Numbered from the stretch's first letter, positions 46,877 to 55,680 are shown. The stretch: DNA of 64,000 nt from Marine group II euryarchaeote REDSEA-S11_B3N4 (GCA_001628485.1 LURR01000006.1:26879-90878); one strand, 5' to 3'. Numbers and translations: made by a program. The notes: generated by a model from the sequence alone, not told the origin.

Positions 46877-48067
46877 TTGTTACCGACCCGACTCGATTCC
46901 GAGGACAGTGGCGAGATGGGAGGAACAACGTACGACTTCCAGATTTCTCCGTCCTCGTGGAACAGGTTTGAGGAATGTCCTAGGAAATACTGGCTTTCCA
47001 GGCAGAGGCTTCCTCGAAAGGCGAGCATGGCTGCCTCAATGGGTACCGCCATACATAACTCAGTAGAGGATCTGTGCAACTTGGATTTTTCTGGTAGGGG
47101 GGATGAAGAAATTGGTTGGCTCCATTCTTCCTGTAGAGAAACTCTGCAGAAGAGGTGGGAGGAAGAAAGGAAATTGTTCTCGGAAACTCCTAGGCATCCT
47201 CGATGGAAGGATGAGTCATTCTCAATAGCTCTCGACGGACTGATCGGGGCTATCTCCATACTTTTCGACAAGGCGATGCTTCCATTGGAGGAACTATCCT
47301 CGGTCACCGTGAAGACATGGAAGCAGGTTCAGGATATTGTCGTCGCAACCGAAGCAAACCTTGAGTCCAAATGCGGACGATTGACAGGGCGACTGGATCT
47401 TCTTATCAAGGATCTTGAGGGTGGGGATAATGGTGGATTAATCGTTGCCGATTTGAAGACAGGAAAGCCACCGGAAGACGAACTTAGCGAGAAGGTAAGC
47501 AGGCAATTGCTATTCTACAGAGATATAATGAAGGAGAATGTAACTGAGAATCAGGACCTTAGGGCAGAGGGGTGGTACTCTTCCAACAATACAGTTTACC
47601 GAGCTGAAGGACCGCCAATCCTGGAAGAAGCCATTGGGGCATGGGAGATGATGAAACTGACTGAAACCCCATTCCAGGCCACTCCTAGCGAAGATGCCTG
47701 CTCATTCTGCGAGTGGAAGGCATGGTGTCCCGGGTGGTGGGAAGCGAAGTACGAGGGAGAGCTCAGCCACGAAGGGATGTTCAGAGACGAGGTAGTGAGG
47801 CTGGTCAGGCTAGATCAGGAATCGGGCGCGGCTCTTTTCGAGCGAACGACTCCTGTAGGGGGCGATGGGGAACTGAGGGGGTCTGATCACCGCTTCGGAG
47901 CGCTGCTTAAGGGGAGATGTCTGGAAAAGATACGACAAATGGATCAATCAGAACTAGACGGATACCTATTCCTGGGCAGTATCATGTTCGGTGGTAAGAC
48001 CGCACGAATGGGGGATTGGTCGGAGATTCTCCCTTGGTCCCCTCTACTCCGGTCTGTGAGAAATTGA
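46877..48067 (+). CDS. PD-(D/E)XK nuclease with a Cas4/AddB-type 4Fe-4S cluster (RecB-family exonuclease)
   Basis: N-terminal Cys 'FEECPRKYW'. Nuclease core 'GRLDLLIKD...LIVADLKTGKPP' and 'RQLLFY'. C-terminal 'CSFCEWKAWC' is C-x2-C-x5-C. Confidence 0.75.
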   Translation: MLPTRLDSEDSGEMGGTTYDFQISPSSWNRFEECPRKYWLSRQRLPRKASMAASMGTAIHNSVEDLCNLDFSGRGDEEIGWLHSSCRETLQKRWEEERKLFSETPRHPRWKDESFSIALDGLIGAISILFDKAMLPLEELSSVTVKTWKQVQDIVVATEANLESKCGRLTGRLDLLIKDLEGGDNGGLIVADLKTGKPPEDELSEKVSRQLLFYRDIMKENVTENQDLRAEGWYSSNNTVYRAEGPPILEEAIGAWEMMKLTETPFQATPSEDACSFCEWKAWCPGWWEAKYEGELSHEGMFRDEVVRLVRLDQESGAALFERTTPVGGDGELRGSDHRFGALLKGRCLEKIRQMDQSELDGYLFLGSIMFGGKTARMGDWSEILPWSPLLRSVRN

Positions 48068-48631
48068 GTCCAAAACGCCTCGAGGGTCTCCTTCGAACCT
48101 TTCAGGAAAGTTGACCATGAACTTCCAAAGAAGGAGTAGGGTAGCCCCAGCATCCGCATCCGCGCTGTGGGATCTCTCAAGTGATATCCCGAAGCGTTCG
48201 CAAAGAACGCCTAACCTGTGTCCTCCCGGGATACCAAGAGTCCTTGCTAACTCAAGAGTGTCCACCAACGCTAGCGGAGAGGGCGCCTCTCTCCCAATTC
48301 GTATGCACTCCATTTCTAGGAACCTCCAGTCGAATGCTACGACATTATGGCCTACAATTACCGAACCTTCAATCATCTCGCAGATTGAGTCCAGGTGCTC
48401 ACCGAAACTCTCCGCATCTATCACATCCTCGTCGAATATGCCATGTACGTTACTAGACTCGACGGGAATCCTAAACCCTGGGTTAACTAGCGATTGCATA
48501 CTAAGTTTCGAGCCATCAGAATCACTGCCAACCAGTGCGAACTGCACCACTCTATCCTGCCGAGGATTGAATCCAGTGGTTTCCAAATCGAATCCAAGGA
48601 CCCTGAACCCCTCAAGAAAATTAGAGACCAC
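48044..48631 (-). CDS. DEDDh 3'-5' exonuclease (DnaQ/epsilon-like)
   Basis: ExoI 'VLGFDLETTGF', ExoII 'VIVGHNVVAFDWRFL' and ExoIII 'HSADADA'. It converges on and overlaps the nuclease gene by 24 nt. Confidence 0.85.
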   Translation of the reverse strand: MVSNFLEGFRVLGFDLETTGFNPRQDRVVQFALVGSDSDGSKLSMQSLVNPGFRIPVESSNVHGIFDEDVIDAESFGEHLDSICEMIEGSVIVGHNVVAFDWRFLEMECIRIGREAPSPLALVDTLELARTLGIPGGHRLGVLCERFGISLERSHSADADAGATLLLLWKFMVNFPERFEGDPRGVLDSISHRPE

Positions 48632-48729
48632 GAGTCCTCGCTGCCGGCACCATCCATGAACCCTACCAAAGCCATTCTAGGTGGACTGCCGTCCAACACG
48701 CATATGAGTGACCTTCCATTTCTGGTAGT

Positions 48730-49899
48730 ATGACGGGACACAGGCAAAGAATCACCGTGCTTCTTGGGATCCTGATGATTTCCCATTCTCTGGCCGGATG
48801 CGGAGGCATAGGTCCAGGCAGCCCAAATGCGGCTCTCACATCAGACAGAGTCACCGTAAACACGGGAGAGACGATAAATTTCGATGCACGCACCTCGACC
48901 ACTCCTAATCCGACGATTATCGACGAATTCAGATGGAATTTCGGTGATGGCGAGAAGAAGACAACAAAGCAGGGCGTAATCAGTCATGCGTTCACTGAGG
49001 CTGGGAACTTCGAAGTTACAGTTGAGGTTTTCAATGACAATGGAGACTCAGACTCAGCCAGCATCCTAGTTTTCGTAAATGCGATACCAGAAATCATCCT
49101 CAACATCCCAGACTTCGTCAAGACCGGACAAGAGGCTAGACTCGACGCCAGTGACTCCTTCGATCCCGAGGGAGGAGGGGTGGAGATTGTTTGGGACTTC
49201 GATGCGAACACCGATTCCGATGGAGACAGCGACCCTCTAAATGACGTCGATGGAAGCGGCCCAGTGACTAGGATTACGGTTACCGAAGCCGGGAATATCA
49301 CTGGGGCCGTAACGATCTCAGACGATAGCGGAGGGAAGAATACCACACTTTGGACCCTCAGAGTCGTCTCTCGTACGTTCAGGATTGTTTGGGAAGAAGT
49401 ATTCGTCGACTACGACTGGTCGGGCTACCTAGAACAGGGCGAGACTCATGAGATTCAGTTCCAACCGGGGGAAGGAGCCAGGCTAATCGATGTGTCCGCG
49501 ACCCTCTCTCTAACTCGAGATATCCTCCCAATTACTTGGCCGGAGGATAATTTCACCCTAGAGGTAGACATCCCTTCCTCCGGATGGTCCTACACCGTTA
49601 TTACAACTCAGAATAATATCACAGAGAACTCATCCGCGACGATCGAGAGGACTGAAATGAATCCTTCTCCAGAATCAGATTACACAGTTTTCGCAGACTC
49701 CAAGGAAGAACTGGAGCAGTCGCTTCTCGGAGATCCCGATGGAAGATTTGGACAGGGAGACTGGTTCTGGAGGATTACCGCACTGGAATGCGATCCCGAT
49801 ACTCCTGTAGATGGAGTGGATCCCGACCAAGGTAACGATTGGACTCTTGAGGCTCAATTCGTAGTATTGGTCCTTAGGTTAAGTGAAGTAAGCGTCTGA
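48730..49899 (+). CDS. Secreted lipoprotein with PKD domains
   Basis: Lipobox 'LLGILMISHSLAGCGG'. PKD signatures 'FRWNFGDGEKKT...HAFTEAGNFEVTVEVFNDNGDSDSA' and 'IVWDFDANTDSDGD...ITGAVTISDDSGG'. Confidence 0.75.
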   Translation: MTGHRQRITVLLGILMISHSLAGCGGIGPGSPNAALTSDRVTVNTGETINFDARTSTTPNPTIIDEFRWNFGDGEKKTTKQGVISHAFTEAGNFEVTVEVFNDNGDSDSASILVFVNAIPEIILNIPDFVKTGQEARLDASDSFDPEGGGVEIVWDFDANTDSDGDSDPLNDVDGSGPVTRITVTEAGNITGAVTISDDSGGKNTTLWTLRVVSRTFRIVWEEVFVDYDWSGYLEQGETHEIQFQPGEGARLIDVSATLSLTRDILPITWPEDNFTLEVDIPSSGWSYTVITTQNNITENSSATIERTEMNPSPESDYTVFADSKEELEQSLLGDPDGRFGQGDWFWRITALECDPDTPVDGVDPDQGNDWTLEAQFVVLVLRLSEVSV

Positions 49900-49944
49900 T
49901 GACATCGAGCGAAGACCTTTCAACCCCCAGTCATTGGGATTACC

Positions 49945-50295
49945 ATGGCAAAGTCGTTTGAGATCACGAAGGTGTCCATTCGAGAACGCCTAGTAGTAGA
50001 TGCGAAGGTGGGCATGAAGGACCCCCAGGACTATGACTTCTCCCCCAGAGCAAACCTCTCAGGCACCACTCTGAGCATAGTCAACGAGTCAGGGGAGCCG
50101 TCTTCCACTTTTGAGCTGGACGAGGAGCAGGTCATAACTGCCGAGAGGGACAGGATGCTAGAACTGAGAGTCAAGTTCAACGTAGAGGGCATGCATGGTG
50201 TTCTTACCCACAGAACACCACAACCGATGACAGGACCGAAGTCGAAGAAGCTAGCCGAGCCAAGTTGGAAGACCATCCTGCCTCTGTCAATGTGA
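49945..50295 (+). CDS. Hypothetical protein (116 aa)
   Basis: An ATG-initiated ORF with no competing ORF. No motif recognised. Confidence 0.35.
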   Translation: MAKSFEITKVSIRERLVVDAKVGMKDPQDYDFSPRANLSGTTLSIVNESGEPSSTFELDEEQVITAERDRMLELRVKFNVEGMHGVLTHRTPQPMTGPKSKKLAEPSWKTILPLSM

Positions 50296-50342
50296 CTTTG
50301 CACCGTCGGGATTAAGCCGGGTCCTACGGTCCAACACACACT

Positions 50343-50419
50343 GGACCCATAGTGTAGCCTGGATATCACATGAGCTTGCGGAGCTTGTAACCCGTGTTCG
50401 AATCGCGGTGGGTCCGCCA
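50343..50419 (+). tRNA. tRNA-Arg (anticodon GCG), CCA encoded
   Basis: GGACCCA-TA-GTGTAGCCTGGATATCAC-A-TGAGC-TTGCGGA-GCTTG-TAAC-CCGTG-TTCGAAT-CGCGG-TGGGTCC-G-CCA. The anticodon stem has two G-U pairs. Confidence 0.75.
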
Positions 50420-50479
50420 CCTAGTAGACGAGGAAGAAGGGCGACCGGTTCAATAGTGAGCGTACTGGGGACGGATTCA

Positions 50480-50556
50480 GGACCCATAGTGTAGCCTGGA
50501 TATCACTCTAGCCTCCGGAGCTGGAAACCCGTGTTCGAATCGCGGTGGGTCCGCCA
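50480..50556 (+). tRNA. tRNA-Arg (anticodon CCG), CCA encoded
   Basis: The acceptor, D and T arms are the same as in the upstream tRNA. The anticodon arm is CTAGC-CTCCGGA-GCTGG. Confidence 0.85.
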
Positions 50557-50612
50557 TCTGTACACTTTCCAATTACAAACCATACTAAATACCCGACCAA
50601 CAAATCAATGTC

Positions 50613-51755
50613 GTGAGATTGATTGTATTAGTAACCCTAGTCCTCTTTTTGTCGACTCTGACTGGTTGTACGGGCGATACAACTTCTGAGAACATAGAGG
50701 ATACCAATTCTGAGATTGAATCAGACAACGAGAGAGTCGTAGTTACGACCCTGATTGGGAAAGAAGAATGCGAGGGACGGGGGGGCACATGGTTCGAGGA
50801 ATCAAACGGGGGCGGAGAATCGTATTGCTCTCTAGATGAGGAACCAACATACGACCCAGATTCTCCCAAAATATACTGCGAACAGAGAGGTGGAACATGG
50901 GACGAGGAGATACGCGATTGTTCATTCCCAGAACAGAACTCAGAAGGAGAGGAGCTACAGGAAGGACCAACATATGTGCCCCCATGTAATGTCACAGCGT
51001 CTATGGGGCTGAATTCAACCAACAACCCGATCGAATGGTCTGAATTTCAGAGTGGTACATGGTTATCCGTCGATGGCTTGACCACTGTCTCCTACACCTC
51101 TGATGATTATGATAACGAGTCCGACATAGTGGTTGATCAACGACTTGACTGGATGTGCGGATACACGTATTCGGTCAAGATTCCACCCGCATACAACTCC
51201 AGTTACTCCTACCCAGTCTTCGCCTTCCTTCATGGAGATATATACGATTTAAATTTCTACAACAACTTCCTGACAAATAACTTCCATATGCCCGAGGATG
51301 ACAAATACATAATCGTTCGACCCTCAAAGTTGGAATTGGATTGGGACCCCAAGAAGGTACTCGATGTTATTGAGGATGTCAAATCAAATCTCAATGTAGA
51401 CGATGACAGGGTCTACCTAACAGGCTATAGTATGGGCGGAAGGGGGACTTTCATTGTCGCCGCAGCACTGCCTGAGTACTTTGCCGCCATAATGCCGCTC
51501 CAGCCTCATCACGAGCCATACTCATATCTCACGCTAGCGGAAGATGTCGCACACCTGCCTGTTTGGATGAGCCATGGAACAAATGACAGCACATCCTCGT
51601 ATGATATGGCGGCCCAGATGGCAGAAAATCTCTCAAACTTGGGCTCGGAAATAGAATTCCAGACAGTTGTGGGCGGCGAGCATGGGGGCTATCTCGTTAT
51701 TTACAATAATCCAGAAATAATGCAATGGATTCTATCCCATGTTCGAGGCCAGTAG
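50613..51755 (+). CDS. Secreted lipoprotein, alpha/beta-hydrolase esterase (PHB-depolymerase/feruloyl-esterase-like) with an N-terminal Cys-rich duplicated motif
   Basis: Lipobox 'LFLSTLTGCTG', nucleophile elbow 'LTGYSMGGRGT', and 'WMSHGTNDSTS' (Asp/His region). A repeated 'CE.RGGTW.EE...C' motif lies near the N-terminus. Confidence 0.65.
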   Translation: MRLIVLVTLVLFLSTLTGCTGDTTSENIEDTNSEIESDNERVVVTTLIGKEECEGRGGTWFEESNGGGESYCSLDEEPTYDPDSPKIYCEQRGGTWDEEIRDCSFPEQNSEGEELQEGPTYVPPCNVTASMGLNSTNNPIEWSEFQSGTWLSVDGLTTVSYTSDDYDNESDIVVDQRLDWMCGYTYSVKIPPAYNSSYSYPVFAFLHGDIYDLNFYNNFLTNNFHMPEDDKYIIVRPSKLELDWDPKKVLDVIEDVKSNLNVDDDRVYLTGYSMGGRGTFIVAAALPEYFAAIMPLQPHHEPYSYLTLAEDVAHLPVWMSHGTNDSTSSYDMAAQMAENLSNLGSEIEFQTVVGGEHGGYLVIYNNPEIMQWILSHVRGQ

Positions 51756-51796
51756 ATTTCCATAACAGCCTTCAAGCATGGCTTCATGTCAGCCCC

Positions 51797-52213
51797 ATGG
51801 CTTTCATCTCACAGAGGCGTATCGACTTCCCAATGGTAGACCTGGCCAAGATAGTTTACTACCCTCGTTTCTGGGATTTGGCGCATAGGTTCTACGAGGA
51901 GTCCTGGGAATTCACCTGCGGCATGCACTACAACGAAATCCTCTCCGAAAAGAAGATTGCATTCCCACTAGTCCACAGCGAGGCGAAGTTCCTCCATCCT
52001 ATTTCCTACGGTGATACCGTGGAGTGTACTATAACGGTGCCCAAAATCGGGAAAACCTCCATCACGTGGCACTACGAGTTCAGGAACCAGCACGGCACAC
52101 TCTGCTGGACGGCAGACCAAGTCACTGTCTGCACAGACATGAACGAGGTCAAGAGTAAGATGGCTGTCCCTGATTGGATGAGAGAATGCCTAGCAAAAAT
52201 CGAATCATCATGA
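51797..52213 (+). CDS. Hotdog-fold acyl-CoA thioesterase (4HBT/YbgC-like)
   Basis: 'RIDFPMVDLAKIVYYPRFWDLAHRFYEESW' (catalytic Asp context) and 'VHSEAKFLHPISYGDTVE'. The ATG at 51797 lies after the upstream stop. Confidence 0.7.
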   Translation: MAFISQRRIDFPMVDLAKIVYYPRFWDLAHRFYEESWEFTCGMHYNEILSEKKIAFPLVHSEAKFLHPISYGDTVECTITVPKIGKTSITWHYEFRNQHGTLCWTADQVTVCTDMNEVKSKMAVPDWMRECLAKIESS

Positions 52214-52603
52214 CTACTCTCTAGGCCACTTCTTCGACAGTGCCTTAGTCAGCGACTCGTCCATCGTCGCATCCCACCAGTTAGCCCCTCTCCAGACAGC
52301 ATACTTTCCCCTTATTCCTCTCATGTCCGCTCCGTCCAGCCTCGCTCCCTGGAGGTTGGATAGGCCAAGTCTGGCCTTAACCATCCTAGCCCCTCTAAGA
52401 TCGGCACCATCCAGTGCCGCCTTCATCAGGTTAGCGCCCTTCAGTGACGCATTCCTTAGATCAGCACCCGAAAGGTCCGCACCCTCCAGGTCGGCCCTAT
52501 CTAGAATCGCCCTCCTTAGATTAGCACCGGATAAGTCAGCACCTCGCAAGTCCTCTCCAACATGCGATGTGAATGACCAGTCTTTGCTATCTCCTTCCGC
52601 CAC
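52214..52603 (-). CDS. Pentapeptide-repeat protein
   Basis: About 16 consecutive A(D/N)LXX pentapeptides ('GADLSGANLRRAILDRADLEGADLSGADLRNASLKGANLMKAALDGADLRGARM...'). Confidence 0.9.
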   Translation of the reverse strand: MAEGDSKDWSFTSHVGEDLRGADLSGANLRRAILDRADLEGADLSGADLRNASLKGANLMKAALDGADLRGARMVKARLGLSNLQGARLDGADMRGIRGKYAVWRGANWWDATMDESLTKALSKKWPRE

Positions 52604-52607
52604 ATTC

Positions 52608-53159
52608 TCACCTCTTTAGAGACAACTGGTCAAGGTGGTCCCTTCCCGCTTCAGTAAGAACCACGAACGCATTCTTCCTTGGTCTTCTTCGCGGATACTC
52701 CAAGAAAGATCCAGATCCGCCAGGACCACCCTCAAGCATTCTCCCTATGTACAGTGATACGTTCCACTTCTTCACCGATCTCTTAGTCCACTTGCCGGTC
52801 TCTACAACTAGCCTCCTTATCTCCCTGGGGGGGGTGTCTCCCTCTTTCTCAACAGACCTCATGTACTGTATCGCGGCCAGAATAACATCAGACTTATTCT
52901 CGATTCCGCACGAGTCCAGTAGTCTGGCAAAAGAAGTCCCTCTATCCGGAAAGCCACTGGACCTGATTGCCTCAAGAGTCATCTCCATGGCCTCCTGCCT
53001 GGCGATTCTCACACGCGAGAGAGTTGATGACCATGTATCCTGACTGGTAACCTTCAGCCATCTATCGCTTGCCTCTTTGGTGTAGTCAGCCAGATTGATG
53101 TCTTGTGAACCTAGTCTCAGGAAGAGTCCTCCTAGCTCCTTGGAGTCCTTTGCAGGCAT
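52608..53159 (-). CDS. Hypothetical protein, possibly with a C-terminal winged-helix
   Basis: A 183-aa ORF lying 4 nt upstream of the pentapeptide gene on the same strand. No firm motif. Confidence 0.4.
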   Translation of the reverse strand: MPAKDSKELGGLFLRLGSQDINLADYTKEASDRWLKVTSQDTWSSTLSRVRIARQEAMEMTLEAIRSSGFPDRGTSFARLLDSCGIENKSDVILAAIQYMRSVEKEGDTPPREIRRLVVETGKWTKRSVKKWNVSLYIGRMLEGGPGGSGSFLEYPRRRPRKNAFVVLTEAGRDHLDQLSLKR

Positions 53160-53272
53160 GATTAGCCCTGCGCGATGTCACTTATCAGGTTATTTTTTTC
53201 TATATTTCTTTAACATCCCAGGGACTGTTAAGTAGCCGTGAAATTCAAAGAGCGTCAGCATAACGAAACCCC

Positions 53273-54040
53273 ATGAGCGCGGAATCTGGCGATGGCTATC
53301 CACTGGTTTTGCACTCAGAGGCTGACCCCTCGAGATTGGGTGGTACCGCAGTATGCGGCTTCTCAACCGTGGGCTCTGTTGGAGTCATTGCGACATCTCA
53401 TCTCATCAGCTCACTGCAGCTTAGCCCGATGGGCACTGTCCTCCATCCTCAATTTCCTGCAGTAGCCCTGATTCACGATTCTGTGCCTAAGCACCCTGTG
53501 AGAGTATACCAGGGAGATGGAATTGGCGTTTTCACATCAGAAATCCAATTCACCAGTGAACACGATGTCTACTTTGCCAATACTGTTCTCGAGTGGTTCA
53601 CCAAAGGCGGCTTTGACAGACTGATTGTAATCGATGGGGTCGTTAGCAATGAATTGGGGATTAAGGAGGACAGCGAACTTTGGGGGGTATCCTCTACCTC
53701 GGTAGGTCGTGACCAACTTGACAATTCGAGCATCCAGAGGATTCAGCAAGGAGTAGTTACTGGAATAGCCGGATATCTCATCGCTGAGGGAGAAAGGAGA
53801 GGCTTAGACGTCACGGCACTACTGGCTGAGTGCAATCCCATGTACCCCGATGCAAGAGCCGCCATCATTGCAGTCGAGGGTCTCAGTGAGTTGGTAGGGT
53901 TAGAGGTCCCCGTCGAGGGTCTTCTAGAGGATGCGAGGAATATCGAAGAAAAAGTTAGGGAAGCGTTCGAGAAAGCTCAGTCGAACGCTCTTCCTGCTCC
54001 CAACTCAGATGACGACGAAGACGACATACCAATGTACTGA
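53273..54040 (+). CDS. PAC2-family proteasome assembly chaperone (second paralogue)
   Basis: 'GGTAVCGFSTVGSVGVIATSHLISSLQLSPMG', 'YPDARAAIIAVEGLSELVGLEV', and an acidic tail ending '...DDEDDIPMY'. Confidence 0.75.
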   Translation: MSAESGDGYPLVLHSEADPSRLGGTAVCGFSTVGSVGVIATSHLISSLQLSPMGTVLHPQFPAVALIHDSVPKHPVRVYQGDGIGVFTSEIQFTSEHDVYFANTVLEWFTKGGFDRLIVIDGVVSNELGIKEDSELWGVSSTSVGRDQLDNSSIQRIQQGVVTGIAGYLIAEGERRGLDVTALLAECNPMYPDARAAIIAVEGLSELVGLEVPVEGLLEDARNIEEKVREAFEKAQSNALPAPNSDDDEDDIPMY

Positions 54041-54631
54041 TCAATAGAATGGATTGGTACCGGCATCGTGATCTGTCATATCGACAACTGCCGTTATTTC
54101 CGGAACCCCCTCAGTGATCATGACCTCTATCCCCTCCTTCAGAGTCACATCCACCATGCCGCAGCCCTGGCAACCACCTCCAAAGGAGATCATTGCCTTC
54201 CCATCATCCACACCTACGAGATCAACGTGACCACCGTGAGCCGCGACAAGCGGATTCACCTTGCTTTCTATTACCTCTGCAACGGACTTGGAGACTTCAT
54301 CTATCCAGAGAGGATTTGGATTTTCGAAACTGAATCCCCCGCCCATTAGCGTCTCCTTGTAGTCCAGAATTGTTCCGTCCAGGTAGGGAGCGCTCCTAGA
54401 ACCAACGAAGACTACGAGACCGTCAACTTCTGTTTCGATGTCATCTTCCGATGCATCATCACTTCCTATGAGTTGCAAGTCATACTGGAAGCCCTTCGGG
54501 CCTCTTCCAAGTATCACGATCTTGAGTGCTACATCGTCGTCATCCGCCTGTTCGGCGAACTTGTCCAGCATCTCCCTGGCCTTCTCGGTAATCTGTAGCA
54601 TAGTTTGCTGCAGGAAACCCTCATTCTTCAA
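54041..54631 (-). CDS. nfuA: NfuA-like Fe-S cluster carrier (Cys-less A-type N-domain plus Nfu C-domain)
   Basis: The N-terminal HesB/IscA-like fold lacks the Cys triad ('ALKIVILGRGPKGFQYDLQL'). The C-terminal part is 'AAHGGHVDLVGVDDGKAMISFGGGCQGCGMVDVTLKEGIE', with a CxxC. Confidence 0.75.
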   Translation of the reverse strand: MKNEGFLQQTMLQITEKAREMLDKFAEQADDDDVALKIVILGRGPKGFQYDLQLIGSDDASEDDIETEVDGLVVFVGSRSAPYLDGTILDYKETLMGGGFSFENPNPLWIDEVSKSVAEVIESKVNPLVAAHGGHVDLVGVDDGKAMISFGGGCQGCGMVDVTLKEGIEVMITEGVPEITAVVDMTDHDAGTNPFY

Positions 54632-54675
54632 CCTGTTCTTCTTTCAGACAAACTATTCACCTGACACCCGACCCA

Positions 54676-55680
54676 ATGGACGTGGCGCTAGACAGACTGG
54701 GCAGGCCTCTGAGAGATCTCAGGATCTCTGTTACGGATAGGTGCAACTTCAGATGTAGGTACTGCATGCCTAGGGAGGAATTCGGAAAGGGCCACGACTT
54801 CCTCCCAAAGAATGAGATCCTGACATACGAAGAGATACGCAATTTCGTCAAAGCATGCAAACCCCTAGGGCTAAGAAAGGTAAGAATTACCGGCGGGGAA
54901 CCTCTTCTTAGGCAGGACATCCACCATCTAGTCAGACAACTATCTTCCATGGAAATGGAAGTCGCACTCACAACAAACGGATCACTTCTGGAAAATAACG
55001 CAGCAAACCTAGCCCAATCAGGACTCTCAAGAGTCACAATCAGCCTAGATGCAATTGACCAAGAGGTACATTCCAAAATAACGGACTCTAAAGTCCCAGT
55101 TACAGATATCCTAGACGGAATCTCAGCAGCAACCAGATACGAACTGGGGCCCGTGAAGGTAAACTGCGTGGTGCAACGCGGGGTGAACGAGCATCAGATC
55201 CCCAAGCTAGTCAGAAAATTCAGAGGCACTGGCGTTATTGTGCGATTCATCGAGTTCATGGACGTCGGTAGCACGAATGGGTGGACACAGGGCCAAGTCG
55301 TGCCGACTTCAGAGATTATCGACTTCCTTTCCAGTGAATTCGATCTCACTCCTTTAGCAAGGAAATCTGCCAGCGATGTGGCCTCTAGATGGGCTCATTC
55401 GGACGGTTCGGGTGAGATCGGATTCATATCTTCCGTTTCACAACCATTCTGTGGAGATTGCGTGAGAGCCAGGCTTTCATCCGATGGCAAGTTTTTCACC
55501 TGCCTTTTCACAACCATGGGGCATGACATGTCCGCCTTGATTAGGTCTGGCGGGGGGACGGAGGGTCTCACTCAATCAATAGAAGAAGTATGGTCCGCTC
55601 GAAAAGACAGATACAGCGAGGAACGCTCTTCGGATGCAATCTCCCTTCCTAGGGTGGAGATGTCCTACATCGGCGGATGA
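54676..55680 (+). CDS. moaA: GTP 3',8-cyclase MoaA (radical SAM, molybdenum cofactor biosynthesis)
   Basis: 'LRISVTDRCNFRCRYCMP' (CxxxCxxC), 'ITGGEPLLR', a C-terminal auxiliary cluster 'CGDCVRARLSSDGKFFTCLF', and a terminal Gly-Gly. Confidence 0.9.
   Translation: MDVALDRLGRPLRDLRISVTDRCNFRCRYCMPREEFGKGHDFLPKNEILTYEEIRNFVKACKPLGLRKVRITGGEPLLRQDIHHLVRQLSSMEMEVALTTNGSLLENNAANLAQSGLSRVTISLDAIDQEVHSKITDSKVPVTDILDGISAATRYELGPVKVNCVVQRGVNEHQIPKLVRKFRGTGVIVRFIEFMDVGSTNGWTQGQVVPTSEIIDFLSSEFDLTPLARKSASDVASRWAHSDGSGEIGFISSVSQPFCGDCVRARLSSDGKFFTCLFTTMGHDMSALIRSGGGTEGLTQSIEEVWSARKDRYSEERSSDAISLPRVEMSYIGG

Noticed and set aside
43873-50343. A possible integrated genomic island between tRNA-Pro and the tRNA-Arg pair (ligA, PAC2, nuclease, exonuclease, PKD protein).
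   Set aside because: There is no integrase or recombinase, no direct repeat of a tRNA 3' end that I could see, and no obvious composition change. The region also contains a housekeeping PAC2 chaperone.
50031-50487. Minus-strand ORFs 50031..50420 and 50287..50487, which overlap the tRNA-Arg genes.
   Set aside because: They run antisense through a predicted gene and two well-folded tRNA genes, and so are spurious.
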